This document shows positions 44,764 to 55,871 of a stretch of 64,000 nt of DNA, one piece after another (the stretch's first letter is position 1; every line of letters begins with the position of its first letter). The translations under genes and the position numbers were made by a program. This DNA comes from Rhodobacter sp. (lineage in GTDB: Bacteria > Pseudomonadota > Alphaproteobacteria > Rhodobacterales > Rhodobacteraceae), in contig JADCEL010000073.1 of the NCBI GenBank assembly GCA_020250125.1, positions 1,369 through 65,368 of the forward strand. Reading direction: 5' to 3'. The notes under the pieces are model-generated. The model did no database searches. It saw only the letters and a list, made by a program, of their open reading frames with translations, and had not been told where the DNA came from.

Positions 44764-45890
44764 GGCATCGCCAGCCGCTTGACCACCGCTTCCTGCACGT
44801 CGATCCCAAGGCCGGGTCCGTGAATCGGATAGGCCCATCCATCCTTGTGCCACAGCTTTTCGGCCACCAGATCGTCCTGCACGACCACGCCGAAGGGCTT
44901 GTATTCAAAGATTTCCGTATTGGGCGAGGCCAGCGACAGGTGCAGGCTGGCCGCCGTGGTGATGGCGGTGGACCAGGCGTGCGCGTTCATGCCCTTGCCA
45001 AACCGGGTGGCCAGCGCATCGACGCGGCGAAAGCCTGTGACCCCTTCCACCCGCGCGGGGTCCACCCCGTAGACATCGATCGCCTGCACGAATTCCATCT
45101 GGCGGCGATAGCCCGCTTCGGTGAATTCCCGTTCGCCGCTGGCGATGCGCACCGCCGTATTGGCGCGCAAGCGGCGGTATCCGGCATCGTCGGTGGGATA
45201 AAGCGGTTCTTCATACCAGCCGATGCCCAGCGCCTGCATCCGGTTGGCCACGGAAATGGCCGTATCGGCATCCCAGCGCACGCCGTTGCCGATATCCACC
45301 AGAATGCCTGCCTCATCCCCCAGCGCCGACCGCAGGGCGCGGATGAAGCTGACATCGGTGTCCGGATCGCCGCCGATGTTGCTTTCCCCCTTCTTGGCAA
45401 AGCCCAGCTTGCAGGACCGAAAGCCCGCCTCGAAAAAGCCGACGACTTCGGCCACGCAGGCCGCCTCGCCCTTTTTGTTGACGTGGGACGAGGCATTGGC
45501 CAGCAGCCGGTCCTGTTTCAGCCCGCCCAGCAGATCGTACAGTGGCTTGCCCGCAATCTTGCCCGCAATATCCCACAGCGCCATGTCGATGCCCGATATG
45601 GCAAGCGATGCGATGCCGCCCTCGCCGTACCACCAGACATGGCGGCGCATCCTGTGCCAGTTCGCCTCGATCTCTTGCGCCGGTTCGCCCTGCAGCAGCG
45701 GCAGCAGGCCTTCGCAAATCACCAGGGCCACGGCCTTGCAGGCTTCGGGCCACATGGCAATGCATTCGCCCCAGCCGACCACGCCATGATCGGTCTCGAC
45801 CCGGACCAGAACCGTGCGGCGGATGGTGTTGAAATCGTTGGGGTCGGGGTAATGGACAGGAAACGGCTCGATCCGGGCGATCCGGTCCAT
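44760..45890 (-). CDS. enolase-superfamily (mandelate racemase subgroup) acid-sugar dehydratase-like protein
   Basis: GWGE, AISGIDMALWDIAGK, D/EEP/GE metal ligands, HAW. Confidence 0.88.
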   Translation of the reverse strand: MDRIARIEPFPVHYPDPNDFNTIRRTVLVRVETDHGVVGWGECIAMWPEACKAVALVICEGLLPLLQGEPAQEIEANWHRMRRHVWWYGEGGIASLAISGIDMALWDIAGKIAGKPLYDLLGGLKQDRLLANASSHVNKKGEAACVAEVVGFFEAGFRSCKLGFAKKGESNIGGDPDTDVSFIRALRSALGDEAGILVDIGNGVRWDADTAISVANRMQALGIGWYEEPLYPTDDAGYRRLRANTAVRIASGEREFTEAGYRRQMEFVQAIDVYGVDPARVEGVTGFRRVDALATRFGKGMNAHAWSTAITTAASLHLSLASPNTEIFEYKPFGVVVQDDLVAEKLWHKDGWAYPIHGPGLGIDVQEAVVKRLAMP

Positions 45891-45959
45891 CTGCTTCCCC
45901 CTCCCAAGGGCCTGCGTCCGCTATTCTTTTGACAGCCGGGTCCGGCTGCATTAGCGGTA

Positions 45960-45976
45960 AATTGGTAAGGCCAATT
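45960..45976. promoter_or_regulatory. FadR/PdhR-type operator in the divergent promoter of the sugar island
   Basis: AATTGGT-AAG-GCCAATT, one mismatch to the AATTGGT-N3-ACCAATT consensus. Confidence 0.75.
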
Positions 45977-46007
45977 AACACCTGTCACCGCACAAGGGTC
46001 AACAGAA

Positions 46008-46760
46008 ATGTTCAACCTCGCCCCCATTCCTGTCCCGAACCTGTCAGGCCGCAGCGTTCTTGTCACCGGGGCCACGCGCGGTATCGGTGCCGCCCTGGTG
46101 CGGGTGCTGGTGGCGCAGGGCGCGCGCGTCTTTGCGGGTGTTCTTGGCGATCCTGAAGCCCTGCCGGGTGATGCGACGGTCTTTCAGCTTGATGTCACCC
46201 GTCAGGCGGATGTCGATGCCGCAATCGCCCGGGTCCGGGCGGATGCGGGTCGGCTGGATGTTCTGGTCAACAATGCCGGCATTATTTCCCCCATCGGCCC
46301 GCTTGCCAGCCTTGCAAGCGACAGTCTGGCCCCGGCCTTTGCGGTGAACGTCATCGGTGTTCACCGGATGGTCGTGGCGGCCCTGCCCTTGCTGCGCGCC
46401 TCGCAGGGCACGATCGTGAACGCAGGCACGGGGGCCGCGACCACCCCGATGGAAGGCTGGACGGCCTACTGCACCTCCAAGGCGGGTGTCCACATGCTGA
46501 CGCGCCTCATGGCGCTGGAACTGGGGCCAGAGGGGATCCAGAGCTTCTTTATCGGTATTCCGCCGACAGACACCGCGATGCAGGCCGAAATCCGGGCGGC
46601 GGGCCTGAACCCGATCAGCAAGATCCCCCGCGATCAACTTGTGCCCGCCGCTGTGCCCGCCTCGGTCATGGCCTATCTTTGCAGCGCCGAGGCGCGCGGC
46701 ATCGATGAGGTGATGCTGGATGTGCGTCAGGACCGCTTCAAGGCGATGATGCCGCTTTGA
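46008..46760 (+). CDS. SDR-family oxidoreductase divergent from the sugar operon
   Basis: TGATRGIG, NNAG, YCTSK. Confidence 0.88.
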   Translation: MFNLAPIPVPNLSGRSVLVTGATRGIGAALVRVLVAQGARVFAGVLGDPEALPGDATVFQLDVTRQADVDAAIARVRADAGRLDVLVNNAGIISPIGPLASLASDSLAPAFAVNVIGVHRMVVAALPLLRASQGTIVNAGTGAATTPMEGWTAYCTSKAGVHMLTRLMALELGPEGIQSFFIGIPPTDTAMQAEIRAAGLNPISKIPRDQLVPAAVPASVMAYLCSAEARGIDEVMLDVRQDRFKAMMPL

Positions 46761-46827
46761 CTCTGCTTTGACACTGACGCGCAGGCGCGCGACAGTCCGG
46801 GCGACGTTGCCCCGGAAAGGCTTGCCG

Positions 46828-48732
46828 ATGACCCCAGCCCCCGTTTACGACCCCGGCAGGGACGACCTTGGTGTGGTCCTGACCGGGGTTACCCTTGCTG
46901 GCATGATTCTGGCCGCAGCCTCTGCCTATGGCGATATCTCGGCCCAGGTGACGGCCTTCGGATTGACGCTGGTCTACATCTTTGGCGGGCTGCCTTCTGC
47001 CGCCAGGGCGCTGCACAGCCTGTGGTTTGATCTTGTGCTGGACATTGATCTGCTGATGGTTGTTGCCGCCGTGGCCGCCGCCGCCGTGGGCGCGACATTC
47101 GAAGGGGCGGTACTTTTGACCCTGTTCAGCCTGTCGGGGACGCTGGAGAACCAGGCGATGGGCAAGGCCCGCCGCGCGGTCGAGGCGCTGATGGCCCTGC
47201 GTCCGGAAACCGCGCTGCTGCGCCGGGACGGGACTGTCGCGGAAGTTCCGGTGGCCAGCCTTGCGGCGGGCGATGTCGTGGTGATTCGCCCCGGAAGCCG
47301 CATGCCCGTCGATGGAACCATCCTGTCCGGCGAAGGGGCAATCAACGAATCGACCGTCACGGGTGAATCCGTTCCGGTCGTGAAGGGTCCGGGAAGCAGC
47401 GTGTTCGAGGCGACCGTGAACCTTGACAGCGTGCTTGATCTGCGGGTGGACCGCAGCGCATCCGAAAGCACGGTTGCCCGGATGATCCAGCTTGTCACGC
47501 AGGCACAGGCGGCCAAGGCCCCCTCTGAACGGTTCAGTTCGTGGTTTGGCCAGCGTTACACTGCGGCGGTGCTGGCGGGGTCCATGGTCGCTTTTGGCGT
47601 GTTCCTCTGGCTTGGCTGGCCGCAGCAGGACGCGCTGTATCGCGCGGCAACGCTGCTGGTCGCCGCCAGCCCCTGCGCCATTGTCATTTCGGTTCCCGCC
47701 GCAATCCTGTCGGCGCTGTCCGCCGCCGCGCGGGGCGGGGTGCTGTTCAAGGGCGGGGCCGCGCTTGAAACGCTGGGCGCGGTGCGGTCCTTTGCCTTTG
47801 ACAAGACCGGCACGCTGACCACGGGGCAGGCCGAAGTGACCGGGATCGTCAGCCTGACCGGCAGCGAAGATGCCTTCCTTGCGCTGATTGCGGGAATCGA
47901 GGCGCAGTCGGAACATCACATCGCCAGCGCGATCCGCCGACTGGTCGTCCGGCGCGGGTTGACACCCGCATCGGTCAGCGGTGTCACGGCCATTCCCAGC
48001 GAAGGCATTGTCGGGACGGATGATATCGGCCCGCTGTGGGCCGGAAACCCGCGCCTTGCCGCGCGCATGGGGGCGGCGCTGGATGATCCGGGTCTTCTGC
48101 GCCTGGCCGATGGCGACCAGACCGTCATCTACATGGGCCGCGGCCGGCAGGTGCTGGGTGCGGTGGCTGTCGCGGACCAGACACGCGCCTCGTCGCAGGC
48201 GGGAATTCTTGCCTTGCGCAAAAGCGGCATCCGGCAGATCGCCATGATGACGGGGGACCGCCGCCCGGTTGCCCTGCGGATCGGCAGTGCCCTTGGCCTG
48301 CGGGACGATGAAATCCACGCGGACCTGCTGCCGGAAGACAAGGTCGTGCTGATTGCCGATCTGGCCGCAGGCGGCAAGGTCGCCTATGTCGGCGATGGCG
48401 TGAACGATGCCGCCGCCCTGGCGCGCGCCGATGTCGGCATTGCGATGGGGGCGGCAGGCAGCGATGTGGCGCTGCAGGCCGCCGATGTGGCGTTGTTGTC
48501 GGAAAACATGGAACGCCTTGCGGCGGCGCATCTGCTGGCAAAGCGGACGGGGCGGATCATCCGCCAGAACCTGGTTTTTGCCATGGGGGCGATGCTGGTT
48601 CTGGTCACCGGCTCGCTGTTCTTCAACCTGCCGCTGCCGCTGGCGGTGGTGGGGCATGAAGGCGGGACGGTGCTTGTCGTGCTGAACGGGTTGCGCCTGC
48701 TGTTCGACCCGATCCGGTCTGACCGGGCCTGA
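46828..48732 (+). CDS. P1B-4 heavy-metal ATPase (Co/Zn/Fe-type), no N-terminal metal-binding domain
   Basis: SPC in TM, DKTGT, TGES, GDGVND, HEGGT; start uncertain (46768 or 46828). Confidence 0.9.
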   Translation: MTPAPVYDPGRDDLGVVLTGVTLAGMILAAASAYGDISAQVTAFGLTLVYIFGGLPSAARALHSLWFDLVLDIDLLMVVAAVAAAAVGATFEGAVLLTLFSLSGTLENQAMGKARRAVEALMALRPETALLRRDGTVAEVPVASLAAGDVVVIRPGSRMPVDGTILSGEGAINESTVTGESVPVVKGPGSSVFEATVNLDSVLDLRVDRSASESTVARMIQLVTQAQAAKAPSERFSSWFGQRYTAAVLAGSMVAFGVFLWLGWPQQDALYRAATLLVAASPCAIVISVPAAILSALSAAARGGVLFKGGAALETLGAVRSFAFDKTGTLTTGQAEVTGIVSLTGSEDAFLALIAGIEAQSEHHIASAIRRLVVRRGLTPASVSGVTAIPSEGIVGTDDIGPLWAGNPRLAARMGAALDDPGLLRLADGDQTVIYMGRGRQVLGAVAVADQTRASSQAGILALRKSGIRQIAMMTGDRRPVALRIGSALGLRDDEIHADLLPEDKVVLIADLAAGGKVAYVGDGVNDAAALARADVGIAMGAAGSDVALQAADVALLSENMERLAAAHLLAKRTGRIIRQNLVFAMGAMLVLVTGSLFFNLPLPLAVVGHEGGTVLVVLNGLRLLFDPIRSDRA

Positions 48733-48735
48733 GCC

Positions 48736-49392
48736 ATGGCCGCAGTGATCTTCGATCTTGACGGCACGCTGGTCGACAGCGCCCCCGACATCCATGCTGC
48801 CGTCAACCGCATGCTGGCCGATGCGGGCGAGGCGCCGCTGCCGGCACAGACCGTGCGAAGCTTTATCGGCAACGGCGTGCCCACCCTTGTCGCCCGCGTC
48901 CTTGCCGCCTGCGGTCAGGAACCCGATCCGGCCCGGCAGGCAGAATGGCAGGCAGGCTTCCTGCGCCATTACGCGGCGGACAGCACAACCCTGACGCGGC
49001 CTTATCCCGGTGTGACAGCGGCCTTGCCGGCCCTGGCCAAGGCCGGTCATCAGCTTGCGCTTTGCACCAACAAGCCGGAGCTGCCCGCCCGGAAGATTCT
49101 GCACGCCTTCGGGCTGACCGGGCTTTTTCCGGTTGTCATCGGCGGCGACAGCCTGCCGCAGCGCAAGCCGGACCCGGCCCCGCTGCTGGCCGCCGCTGCC
49201 GGCCTCGACGGCCCGGTGCTGTTCGTGGGCGACAGCGAGGTCGATGCCGAAACCGCCCTTGCGGCGCGGGTGCCCTTCCTTCTGTTCACCGAAGGCTATC
49301 GCAAGGCCCCGGTGTCGGCCCTGCCCCATGCAGCACGGTTCGCCCGGTTTTCCGACCTGCCCGCACTGGTCGCCCGGTATGCCGCCGATTGA
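48736..49392 (+). CDS. gph: phosphoglycolate phosphatase
   Basis: [30 protein letters not shown]. Confidence 0.85.
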   Translation: MAAVIFDLDGTLVDSAPDIHAAVNRMLADAGEAPLPAQTVRSFIGNGVPTLVARVLAACGQEPDPARQAEWQAGFLRHYAADSTTLTRPYPGVTAALPALAKAGHQLALCTNKPELPARKILHAFGLTGLFPVVIGGDSLPQRKPDPAPLLAAAAGLDGPVLFVGDSEVDAETALAARVPFLLFTEGYRKAPVSALPHAARFARFSDLPALVARYAAD

Positions 49393-49439
49393 CAGCCCGG
49401 CGGTTTTGCCCGACCGAGGGGCAGGCAGCGGGGGCGGGC

Positions 49440-52400
49440 ATGGCAGCGTGGGAATTCTGGATCGACCGGGGCGGCACCTTCACCGACATCGTGGCGCGGC
49501 GGCCGGACGGACGGCTTGAAACCCGCAAGCTGCTGTCAGAGAACCCCGGACGCTACAGCGACGCCGCCGTGCAGGGCATCCGCGACTGTCTGGGGCTGGG
49601 TCCGGATGATGACCTGCCCGCAGGGGCCATCTCTGCCGTCAAGATGGGCACCACCGTTGCCACCAATGCCCTGCTGGAACGCAAGGGCGAGCGGGTTCTG
49701 CTGCTGATCACCGAAGGGTTCCGCGATCTTCTGCGGATCGGAACGCAGGCGCGCCCGGCCCTGTTCGATCTGGACATCCGCCGCCCCGACCTTCTGTACG
49801 AGGCGGTGGCCGAGGTTCCGGGGCGCCTTGACGCCGGGGGGGCCGAAGTTGCGCCGCTTGACGAGGCGGCCGTCCGCACCGCGTTGCGCCAGGCCCATGG
49901 CAAGGGCATCCGCGCCGTCGCCATCGCCTTCCTTCATGCCCATATCAACCCCGGCCACGAGGCGCGGGCCGCCGCCCTTGCGGCTGAAGAAGGCTTTGCC
50001 CAGATTTCCGCCAGCCACGGCGTCAGCCGTCTGGCCAAGCTGGTGGCGCGGGGCGATACCGCCGTGGTCGACGCCTATCTTTCGCCGATCCTGCGCCGCT
50101 ATGTGGCGCGCGTGGACAGTGCCCTTGACCTGAACCGGGCAACCGGCCGGTTGCTGTTCATGCAGTCAAACGGCGGCCTGACCGAGGCGGCGCGGTTTCA
50201 GGGAAAGGATGCCATCCTCTCGGGTCCGGCCGGCGGCATTGTCGGCATGGTCCGCACCGGACAGGCCGCAGGGTATGACCGGCTGATCGGCTTTGACATG
50301 GGCGGCACCTCGACCGATGTCAGCCATTTTGCCGGTCATTTCGAACGCTCTTTCGAGACAGAGGTTGCGGGCGTGCGGATGCGCGCCCCGATGATGGATA
50401 TCCATACCGTGGCGGCTGGCGGCGGATCGGTCTGCACCTTCCGCGACGGGCGCTTTCAGGTCGGCCCGGACAGTGCCGGGGCAAACCCCGGCCCGGCCTG
50501 CTACCGCCGGGGCGGGCCGCTGACCATTACCGACTGCAACCTGATGCTGGGGCGGATTTCGCCCGCGCATTTTCCGGCCGTGTTCGGACCCGACGGTACG
50601 CTGCCGCTGGATGCGGCGGTCGTGCGCGACAGGCTGGAAGCCCTGGCAGCCGGGATTGCCGCCGTCACCGGCACGGCACCGGCCAGCCCGGAAGAGGTGG
50701 CCGACGGGTTTCTGCGCATCGCGGTCGACAACATGGCGAACGCCATCCGGAAGATCAGCGTCCAGCGCGGGCATGATGTGACCGGCTATACGCTGCAATG
50801 CTTCGGCGGCGCAGGGGGCCAGCATGCAACGCGCGTCGCCGATGCCCTGGGCATGCGGCGCGTTCTTGTGCATCCCCTGGCCGGTGTGCTTTCTGCCTAT
50901 GGCATGGGACTTGCGGAAACCCGCTCGATTCGTGAACGACAGTTCGATCAACCGCTGCGGGACTGGGATCAGGCATCGGCGGTGCTGGATGCCCTGGCGG
51001 TGGAGGCTGAGGCCGACCTTGGCGCGCAGGGCGTGGCGCTGCGCGGCGTGGAACGGCGGGCGCATCTGCGCTATGACGGGTCCCATCAGTCGCTGGACGT
51101 GCCCTTCGGACCGGCCGCTGCCCTGCAATCCGCCTTCGAGGCGGTACACCGGGCGCGGTTCGGCTTCATTTCGCCCGAGCGTCCGCTTCTGTTTGAAATG
51201 CTCAGCGCCGAAGCCGTCAGCGCAACCGCGATGCAGGACGCCGCCCTGCCGCCCCCGGATCATGCGGGCCGGGGCGGCCAGGTGACCATGTGGTCGGCAG
51301 GCTGGTCGGCGGTGCCGCTGCATGACCGCGCCGGCCTTGTGCCGGGCACGGTGCTGTCCGGCCCGGCGATGATCGCCGAGGCGACAGGAACCGTCATCGT
51401 CGAGGCGGGATGGACGGCCCGTGTCGATCCCTTGGCCAATCTTGTGCTGGAACGGACCGCACCGGTCCAGCGCCCGCCAGCGGCCGGAACCGACGCCGAT
51501 CCTGTGCTGCTTGAGGTGTTCAACAATCTCTTCATGTCGGTCGCCGACCAGATGGGCGCCACGCTGGCCAATACGGCGTGGTCCGTCAACATCAAGGAAC
51601 GGCTGGATTTTTCCTGTGCCATCTTCGATGCGCAGGGCGATCTGGTGGCGAATGCGCCCCATGTGCCCGTGCATCTCGGGTCCATGTCCCATGCCGTCAA
51701 GGTGGTGATGCGGCACGTCGCGGCGCAGGTGCGCCCCGGCGATGCCTTCATGCTGAACAGCCCCTACAACGGCGGCACCCACCTGCCCGACGTGACGGTG
51801 ATCACACCGGTCTTCCACGGGGACCGCCCGGTGTTCTGGCTGGGGTCGCGCGGGCATCACGCGGATATCGGCGGGCGCACGCCGGGGTCTTCGCCGCCCG
51901 ACAGCCGCGATATCAGCGAGGAAGGCGTTCTGATCGACGTGACGCCCCTGGTTGTGGCGGGCCGGTTCTGCGAAGACGAAGCCCGCGCCCTGCTGTCCGG
52001 TGGCCGCTATCCCTGCCGGGCACCGGATCAGAACATCGCCGATCTGAAGGCGCAGGTCGCCGCCAATGAAACCGGACGGCACGCGCTGGCGAAGGTGGTT
52101 GCAGCCTATGGCGAGCCGGTCGTTTCCGCCTATATGGCGCATGTTCAGCGCAACGCCGCGGAAAGCGTGCGCAGTGCCATCGGACAGCTGAAGGACGGGT
52201 CGTTCACCTGCCCGATGGATATCGGAACGCAGATTCAGGTCTCGGTCACGGTCGATCATGCCAGGCGCGCGGCGACGGTCGATTTCACCGGAACATCCCC
52301 GCAGCATTGCGGCAATTACAATGCCCCCCTGGCAATCTGCCGGGCGGTCGTTCTGTATGTGTTCCGCACGCTGGTCGGCAAGGCCATTCCGCTGAACGAA

Positions 52401-53021
52401 GGCTGCCTTGCCCCGGTCACGCTGATCGTGCCCGAAGGATGCCTGCTGAACCCGCGCCCGCCTGCGGCAGTGATCGCCGGCAATACCGAGGTCAGCCAGG
52501 CGGCCTGCAACGCCCTTTACGGGGCGCTTGGGGTGATGGCGGCCGCCCAGGGGACGATGAACAATTTCGTCTGGGGCAATGCCGCGTTCCAGAACTACGA
52601 AACCGTCGCGGGCGGCACCGGGGCAGGCCCCGGTTTTGCCGGTTGTGACGCGGTGCAAAGCCATATGACCAACACCCGGATGACCGATCCCGAAATTCTG
52701 GAACGGCGCTTTCCGGTGCGGCTGGAACAGTTCGGCATCCGTCGCGGATCCGGCGGTGCGGGCCGGTGGCACGGCGGCAACGGCGCGGTGCGCCGCCTGC
52801 GGTTCCTTGCCCCGGTCACGGTGACGACGCTGTGTTCCAGCCGCCGGATTGCCCCCTTCGGCGCCGCAGGCGGCGCGCCGGGTGCCGTCGGTCACAACCG
52901 GGTAATCTGGCCCGATGGGCGGGTGGAAGACCTCAAGGGCAATGATGAACGCAACCTGCCCGCAGGGGCCGTGTTCGAAATGCTGACGCCGGGCGGCGGC
53001 GGCTGGGGAACGGCAGGCTGA
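49440..53021 (+). CDS. 5-oxoprolinase / hydantoinase A+B fusion
   Basis: [46 protein letters not shown]; start ATG 49440. Confidence 0.92.
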   Translation: MAAWEFWIDRGGTFTDIVARRPDGRLETRKLLSENPGRYSDAAVQGIRDCLGLGPDDDLPAGAISAVKMGTTVATNALLERKGERVLLLITEGFRDLLRIGTQARPALFDLDIRRPDLLYEAVAEVPGRLDAGGAEVAPLDEAAVRTALRQAHGKGIRAVAIAFLHAHINPGHEARAAALAAEEGFAQISASHGVSRLAKLVARGDTAVVDAYLSPILRRYVARVDSALDLNRATGRLLFMQSNGGLTEAARFQGKDAILSGPAGGIVGMVRTGQAAGYDRLIGFDMGGTSTDVSHFAGHFERSFETEVAGVRMRAPMMDIHTVAAGGGSVCTFRDGRFQVGPDSAGANPGPACYRRGGPLTITDCNLMLGRISPAHFPAVFGPDGTLPLDAAVVRDRLEALAAGIAAVTGTAPASPEEVADGFLRIAVDNMANAIRKISVQRGHDVTGYTLQCFGGAGGQHATRVADALGMRRVLVHPLAGVLSAYGMGLAETRSIRERQFDQPLRDWDQASAVLDALAVEAEADLGAQGVALRGVERRAHLRYDGSHQSLDVPFGPAAALQSAFEAVHRARFGFISPERPLLFEMLSAEAVSATAMQDAALPPPDHAGRGGQVTMWSAGWSAVPLHDRAGLVPGTVLSGPAMIAEATGTVIVEAGWTARVDPLANLVLERTAPVQRPPAAGTDADPVLLEVFNNLFMSVADQMGATLANTAWSVNIKERLDFSCAIFDAQGDLVANAPHVPVHLGSMSHAVKVVMRHVAAQVRPGDAFMLNSPYNGGTHLPDVTVITPVFHGDRPVFWLGSRGHHADIGGRTPGSSPPDSRDISEEGVLIDVTPLVVAGRFCEDEARALLSGGRYPCRAPDQNIADLKAQVAANETGRHALAKVVAAYGEPVVSAYMAHVQRNAAESVRSAIGQLKDGSFTCPMDIGTQIQVSVTVDHARRAATVDFTGTSPQHCGNYNAPLAICRAVVLYVFRTLVGKAIPLNEGCLAPVTLIVPEGCLLNPRPPAAVIAGNTEVSQAACNALYGALGVMAAAQGTMNNFVWGNAAFQNYETVAGGTGAGPGFAGCDAVQSHMTNTRMTDPEILERRFPVRLEQFGIRRGSGGAGRWHGGNGAVRRLRFLAPVTVTTLCSSRRIAPFGAAGGAPGAVGHNRVIWPDGRVEDLKGNDERNLPAGAVFEMLTPGGGGWGTAG

Positions 53022-53208
53022 CAGGCGCAGTCACCGCAATGCCTGCACAGATGGTCGTTTCCTTTGCGGAGAACGAAGGGGTGTTCCTGAGAATCCGGAA
53101 GCGGCCTTGCTTCTGCCGGTGCCGGGACCCCGCTGACAAGGGAGCGTGCGGCTTGATGCCCGGGGCGCTGTGCTTCTGCTTCTGTGCTTCGCGGCGGAAC
53201 CGGGTGCC

Positions 53209-55008
53209 CTAATCTGCGGGGTGCAACTGACGTGCGGCAACGTCCCATGGGGGCCGTCTGCGCGGCGGAACGGCAGGAACATAAGGCGCATCAAGGGAAA
53301 GATTGGGCGAATAATGGGGATCGGCGGCGAACAGATCCGGATGCAGGGCCCGTGCACGGGCCGCTTCGTCTGCTTCGCGGCGCTGTTTTTCCGGGTTGTC
53401 CAGATTGCCGCGCGTTCTGCTTTCAAGATGAAAGAACAAGGGTTCCGCCACATAAAGGTTGCGATACCCCTTTTTCATCAGGTCGGCGCAAAGGACCATA
53501 TCGTTATAGGCCACGGGAAAGTCCTCGTCGAAGCCTCCGACAGCCTCAAACGCCGCCCTGCGCAGGGCAAGGCAGGCCCCGGTAACGCCGGACACCTCGT
53601 GCGGGACAGCAGCAAGCCCCTGATAGCCGCCCGCATCCGCAGGCAACCCCACATGGACATGGACCGCGCGGCCATAAAGCCCAAAGACCAGACCGGCATG
53701 CTGCACCCTGCCGTCGGCGTAAAGAAGTTTGGGCCCGACCGCACCTGCCCCGGGAAGCCAGGCAAAGGCCGAAAGCACGCGAAGCCAGTCGGGGCGCAGC
53801 GCCAAGGTATCGTTATTCAGAAAGACCAGCAGGTCACCCTTTGCCAGGGATACGGCGCGGTTGTTGAGCGCTGCAAAGTTGAAAGGGCGGGGATCGCGCA
53901 GCACACGCACAGACCCCGCAGCCTCGGCACGCTCAAGGCCGGCAAGGCAGGCCGGGTCAGACGACCCGTTATCCACCACGATGATCTCGCGCTGTGCGAC
54001 GGGCCAATCCGTCTGGCCAAGCGATTCGAGGCAGGGCCCCAGCAGATCCCACCCGTCCCGCGTCGGAATGATGATGCTGACACTGGGCAGGGGATCGGGA
54101 ACCGGCGGCCTGATCTGCTTTCGCGGCAGGACGGCGCGTTCGAAACGAAAGGCGACAACATGCGGGCAATGCAGGACTTCGTCGCGCGACACATCCGCCA
54201 GGACAGTCATGAGCAGGTCATCAGGTTTCGCATTCTCCCCGCGCAGGCCGGCCCGGATCGCTTGCGGGTTGCGCAAGCGGTCCAGTCTCAGGGCTGTCAT
54301 CGGACCAGGCAGCATGCCCTGGGCGGCCAGAAGCGGATCAAAACCGGGCTTGAACCAGGAATCGGACATTTGCCCGTGGCGGTCGATCGCCATGTCATCG
54401 CCAAAGGCGAGCACGGCGGCGGTCTGACTGCGAAGCGCATCAAGCAGAAGGTACAGTCCGTGCTTGCGCGGAAGTGTGCGCGGCTCAAGCAGGATGACCC
54501 GGTCGGGGGCATCGTCCGGCATGGCGTCCGGCCAGTACGCCCGTGCCCTTTGCCGGACGTCATCCGGCACGTCTGGCGTGAAACGCGGCACCACCGTCAG
54601 GTTCGCGGCGGTCCACAGCGCGCTGGATTGTTGCAGGCGATCCAGAAAGGCAAGGTCAGTCTGTCCATCGACGCAAAGCAGAACGAGCACGCCCTGCGCC
54701 TGCGGCGGATGATCTGCGTCCGGCGACAAGGGCCATCCCGCCGGTGGCGTATCGTATCGGCCAAGCCAAAGCTTCCACCAGGGTGCCCTGATCGCGACAC
54801 CAAGCCTTGGCGGCAGGAAAGGCCGCGTTGCCCCGTTCTTTCGCACCAGCAGCTTGCGCAAGGGCTGGCGAAGATCGCCGTCCGACCGGCGGAATGCCAG
54901 GGCAAGTGCGACGGGCCGAAGCGCGCCGTCCTGACGCACAAACAGGCGTTCCAGCAGTGACAGACCAAGGCGCAGGGGCAAGGCAGGCTGGCGGAAGGTC
55001 ACGGCCAC
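53209..55008 (-). CDS. glycosyltransferase family 2 (degenerate N-terminal domain plus intact C-terminal GT2 domain)
   Basis: VSIIIPTRD, VVDNGS, FNFAALNN, FLNND, VTGACL, YNDMVLC, HLES.TRG, DPHYSPNL. Confidence 0.85.
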   Translation of the reverse strand: MAVTFRQPALPLRLGLSLLERLFVRQDGALRPVALALAFRRSDGDLRQPLRKLLVRKNGATRPFLPPRLGVAIRAPWWKLWLGRYDTPPAGWPLSPDADHPPQAQGVLVLLCVDGQTDLAFLDRLQQSSALWTAANLTVVPRFTPDVPDDVRQRARAYWPDAMPDDAPDRVILLEPRTLPRKHGLYLLLDALRSQTAAVLAFGDDMAIDRHGQMSDSWFKPGFDPLLAAQGMLPGPMTALRLDRLRNPQAIRAGLRGENAKPDDLLMTVLADVSRDEVLHCPHVVAFRFERAVLPRKQIRPPVPDPLPSVSIIIPTRDGWDLLGPCLESLGQTDWPVAQREIIVVDNGSSDPACLAGLERAEAAGSVRVLRDPRPFNFAALNNRAVSLAKGDLLVFLNNDTLALRPDWLRVLSAFAWLPGAGAVGPKLLYADGRVQHAGLVFGLYGRAVHVHVGLPADAGGYQGLAAVPHEVSGVTGACLALRRAAFEAVGGFDEDFPVAYNDMVLCADLMKKGYRNLYVAEPLFFHLESRTRGNLDNPEKQRREADEAARARALHPDLFAADPHYSPNLSLDAPYVPAVPPRRRPPWDVAARQLHPAD

Positions 55009-55871
55009 ACCCCGAAGCGGTGCCGCAGATGCTCGACAGCCAGCCGGTTCGCCCCGTCGCGTCCGATGCCACGTTCGACATGCGATGTCAGCGACCCGAG
55101 CCGGTCATAGGCCCCGTCTGCGAATACCGGTCTTGGCTGGGCGGTGACCCAGACCTTGACACCCTTGAGATAGGCCATTCCCGAAAGCCAGACGTCATCG
55201 ACCGTCCAGAGGATGTCGGGTATGGTCCAGGCTTGGTCAGGGAAGCTGTCAGCAGGCACCAGGGCACCGAGGAAACCCTCAAAGACATCGGCATAGCCGG
55301 ACAAGGCATAAACCGCCCTTGGCGGATGCACGAGGCCGAGAGAGAGGAGTCGCTTCAGGCGATAGGCCGCAGACCGGCCGCGCCTTGCATCAAGAACGGC
55401 GCGCGGAAGTTCCGGCGCAATCCGGGCAATTCCGACCTGCCCGTCAATATTCCAGCCGCGTTCCGCGATGATGTCCACGGGACGCTCCCGGCGTGCCGTG
55501 ACGAAACGTGAAATCCATCCCCGGTCCTGAATGCGGTCATCATCGCACAGCAGAAGGTCCGTCTCCGTCCCCCGCCAGCGCGCTGCGGCAGGCAGAACCT
55601 TCGTGGCCGGACCAAGGTCATCATCGCAATGGATCACGTCCACCCACTCTGGCAGGGGCGGCAGCGACGGAGCCGCGCCGGGAAAGCGGCGGTATGTTCG
55701 GGGCAGGTGCAGCTCTACCCGATCCGGCCGGACATCTTGCCGCATGACAGACGCCAGTTTGCGCGGAAGGTTCGGGAACCGGGGCGGGATCGCGGTCAGG
55801 GTCACGACAAGCTGTTTCTTTGGTCGGTGTGACACCGCAACAGGCTCCGCTCCGCAGGTCCCCGCGGACAT
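54999..55871 (-). CDS. GT-A-fold glycosyltransferase-like protein
   Basis: VVTLTAIPPR, DLGPATKVLP, CDDD, VDDVWLSG; start uncertain. Confidence 0.7.
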   Translation of the reverse strand: MSAGTCGAEPVAVSHRPKKQLVVTLTAIPPRFPNLPRKLASVMRQDVRPDRVELHLPRTYRRFPGAAPSLPPLPEWVDVIHCDDDLGPATKVLPAAARWRGTETDLLLCDDDRIQDRGWISRFVTARRERPVDIIAERGWNIDGQVGIARIAPELPRAVLDARRGRSAAYRLKRLLSLGLVHPPRAVYALSGYADVFEGFLGALVPADSFPDQAWTIPDILWTVDDVWLSGMAYLKGVKVWVTAQPRPVFADGAYDRLGSLTSHVERGIGRDGANRLAVEHLRHRFGVWP

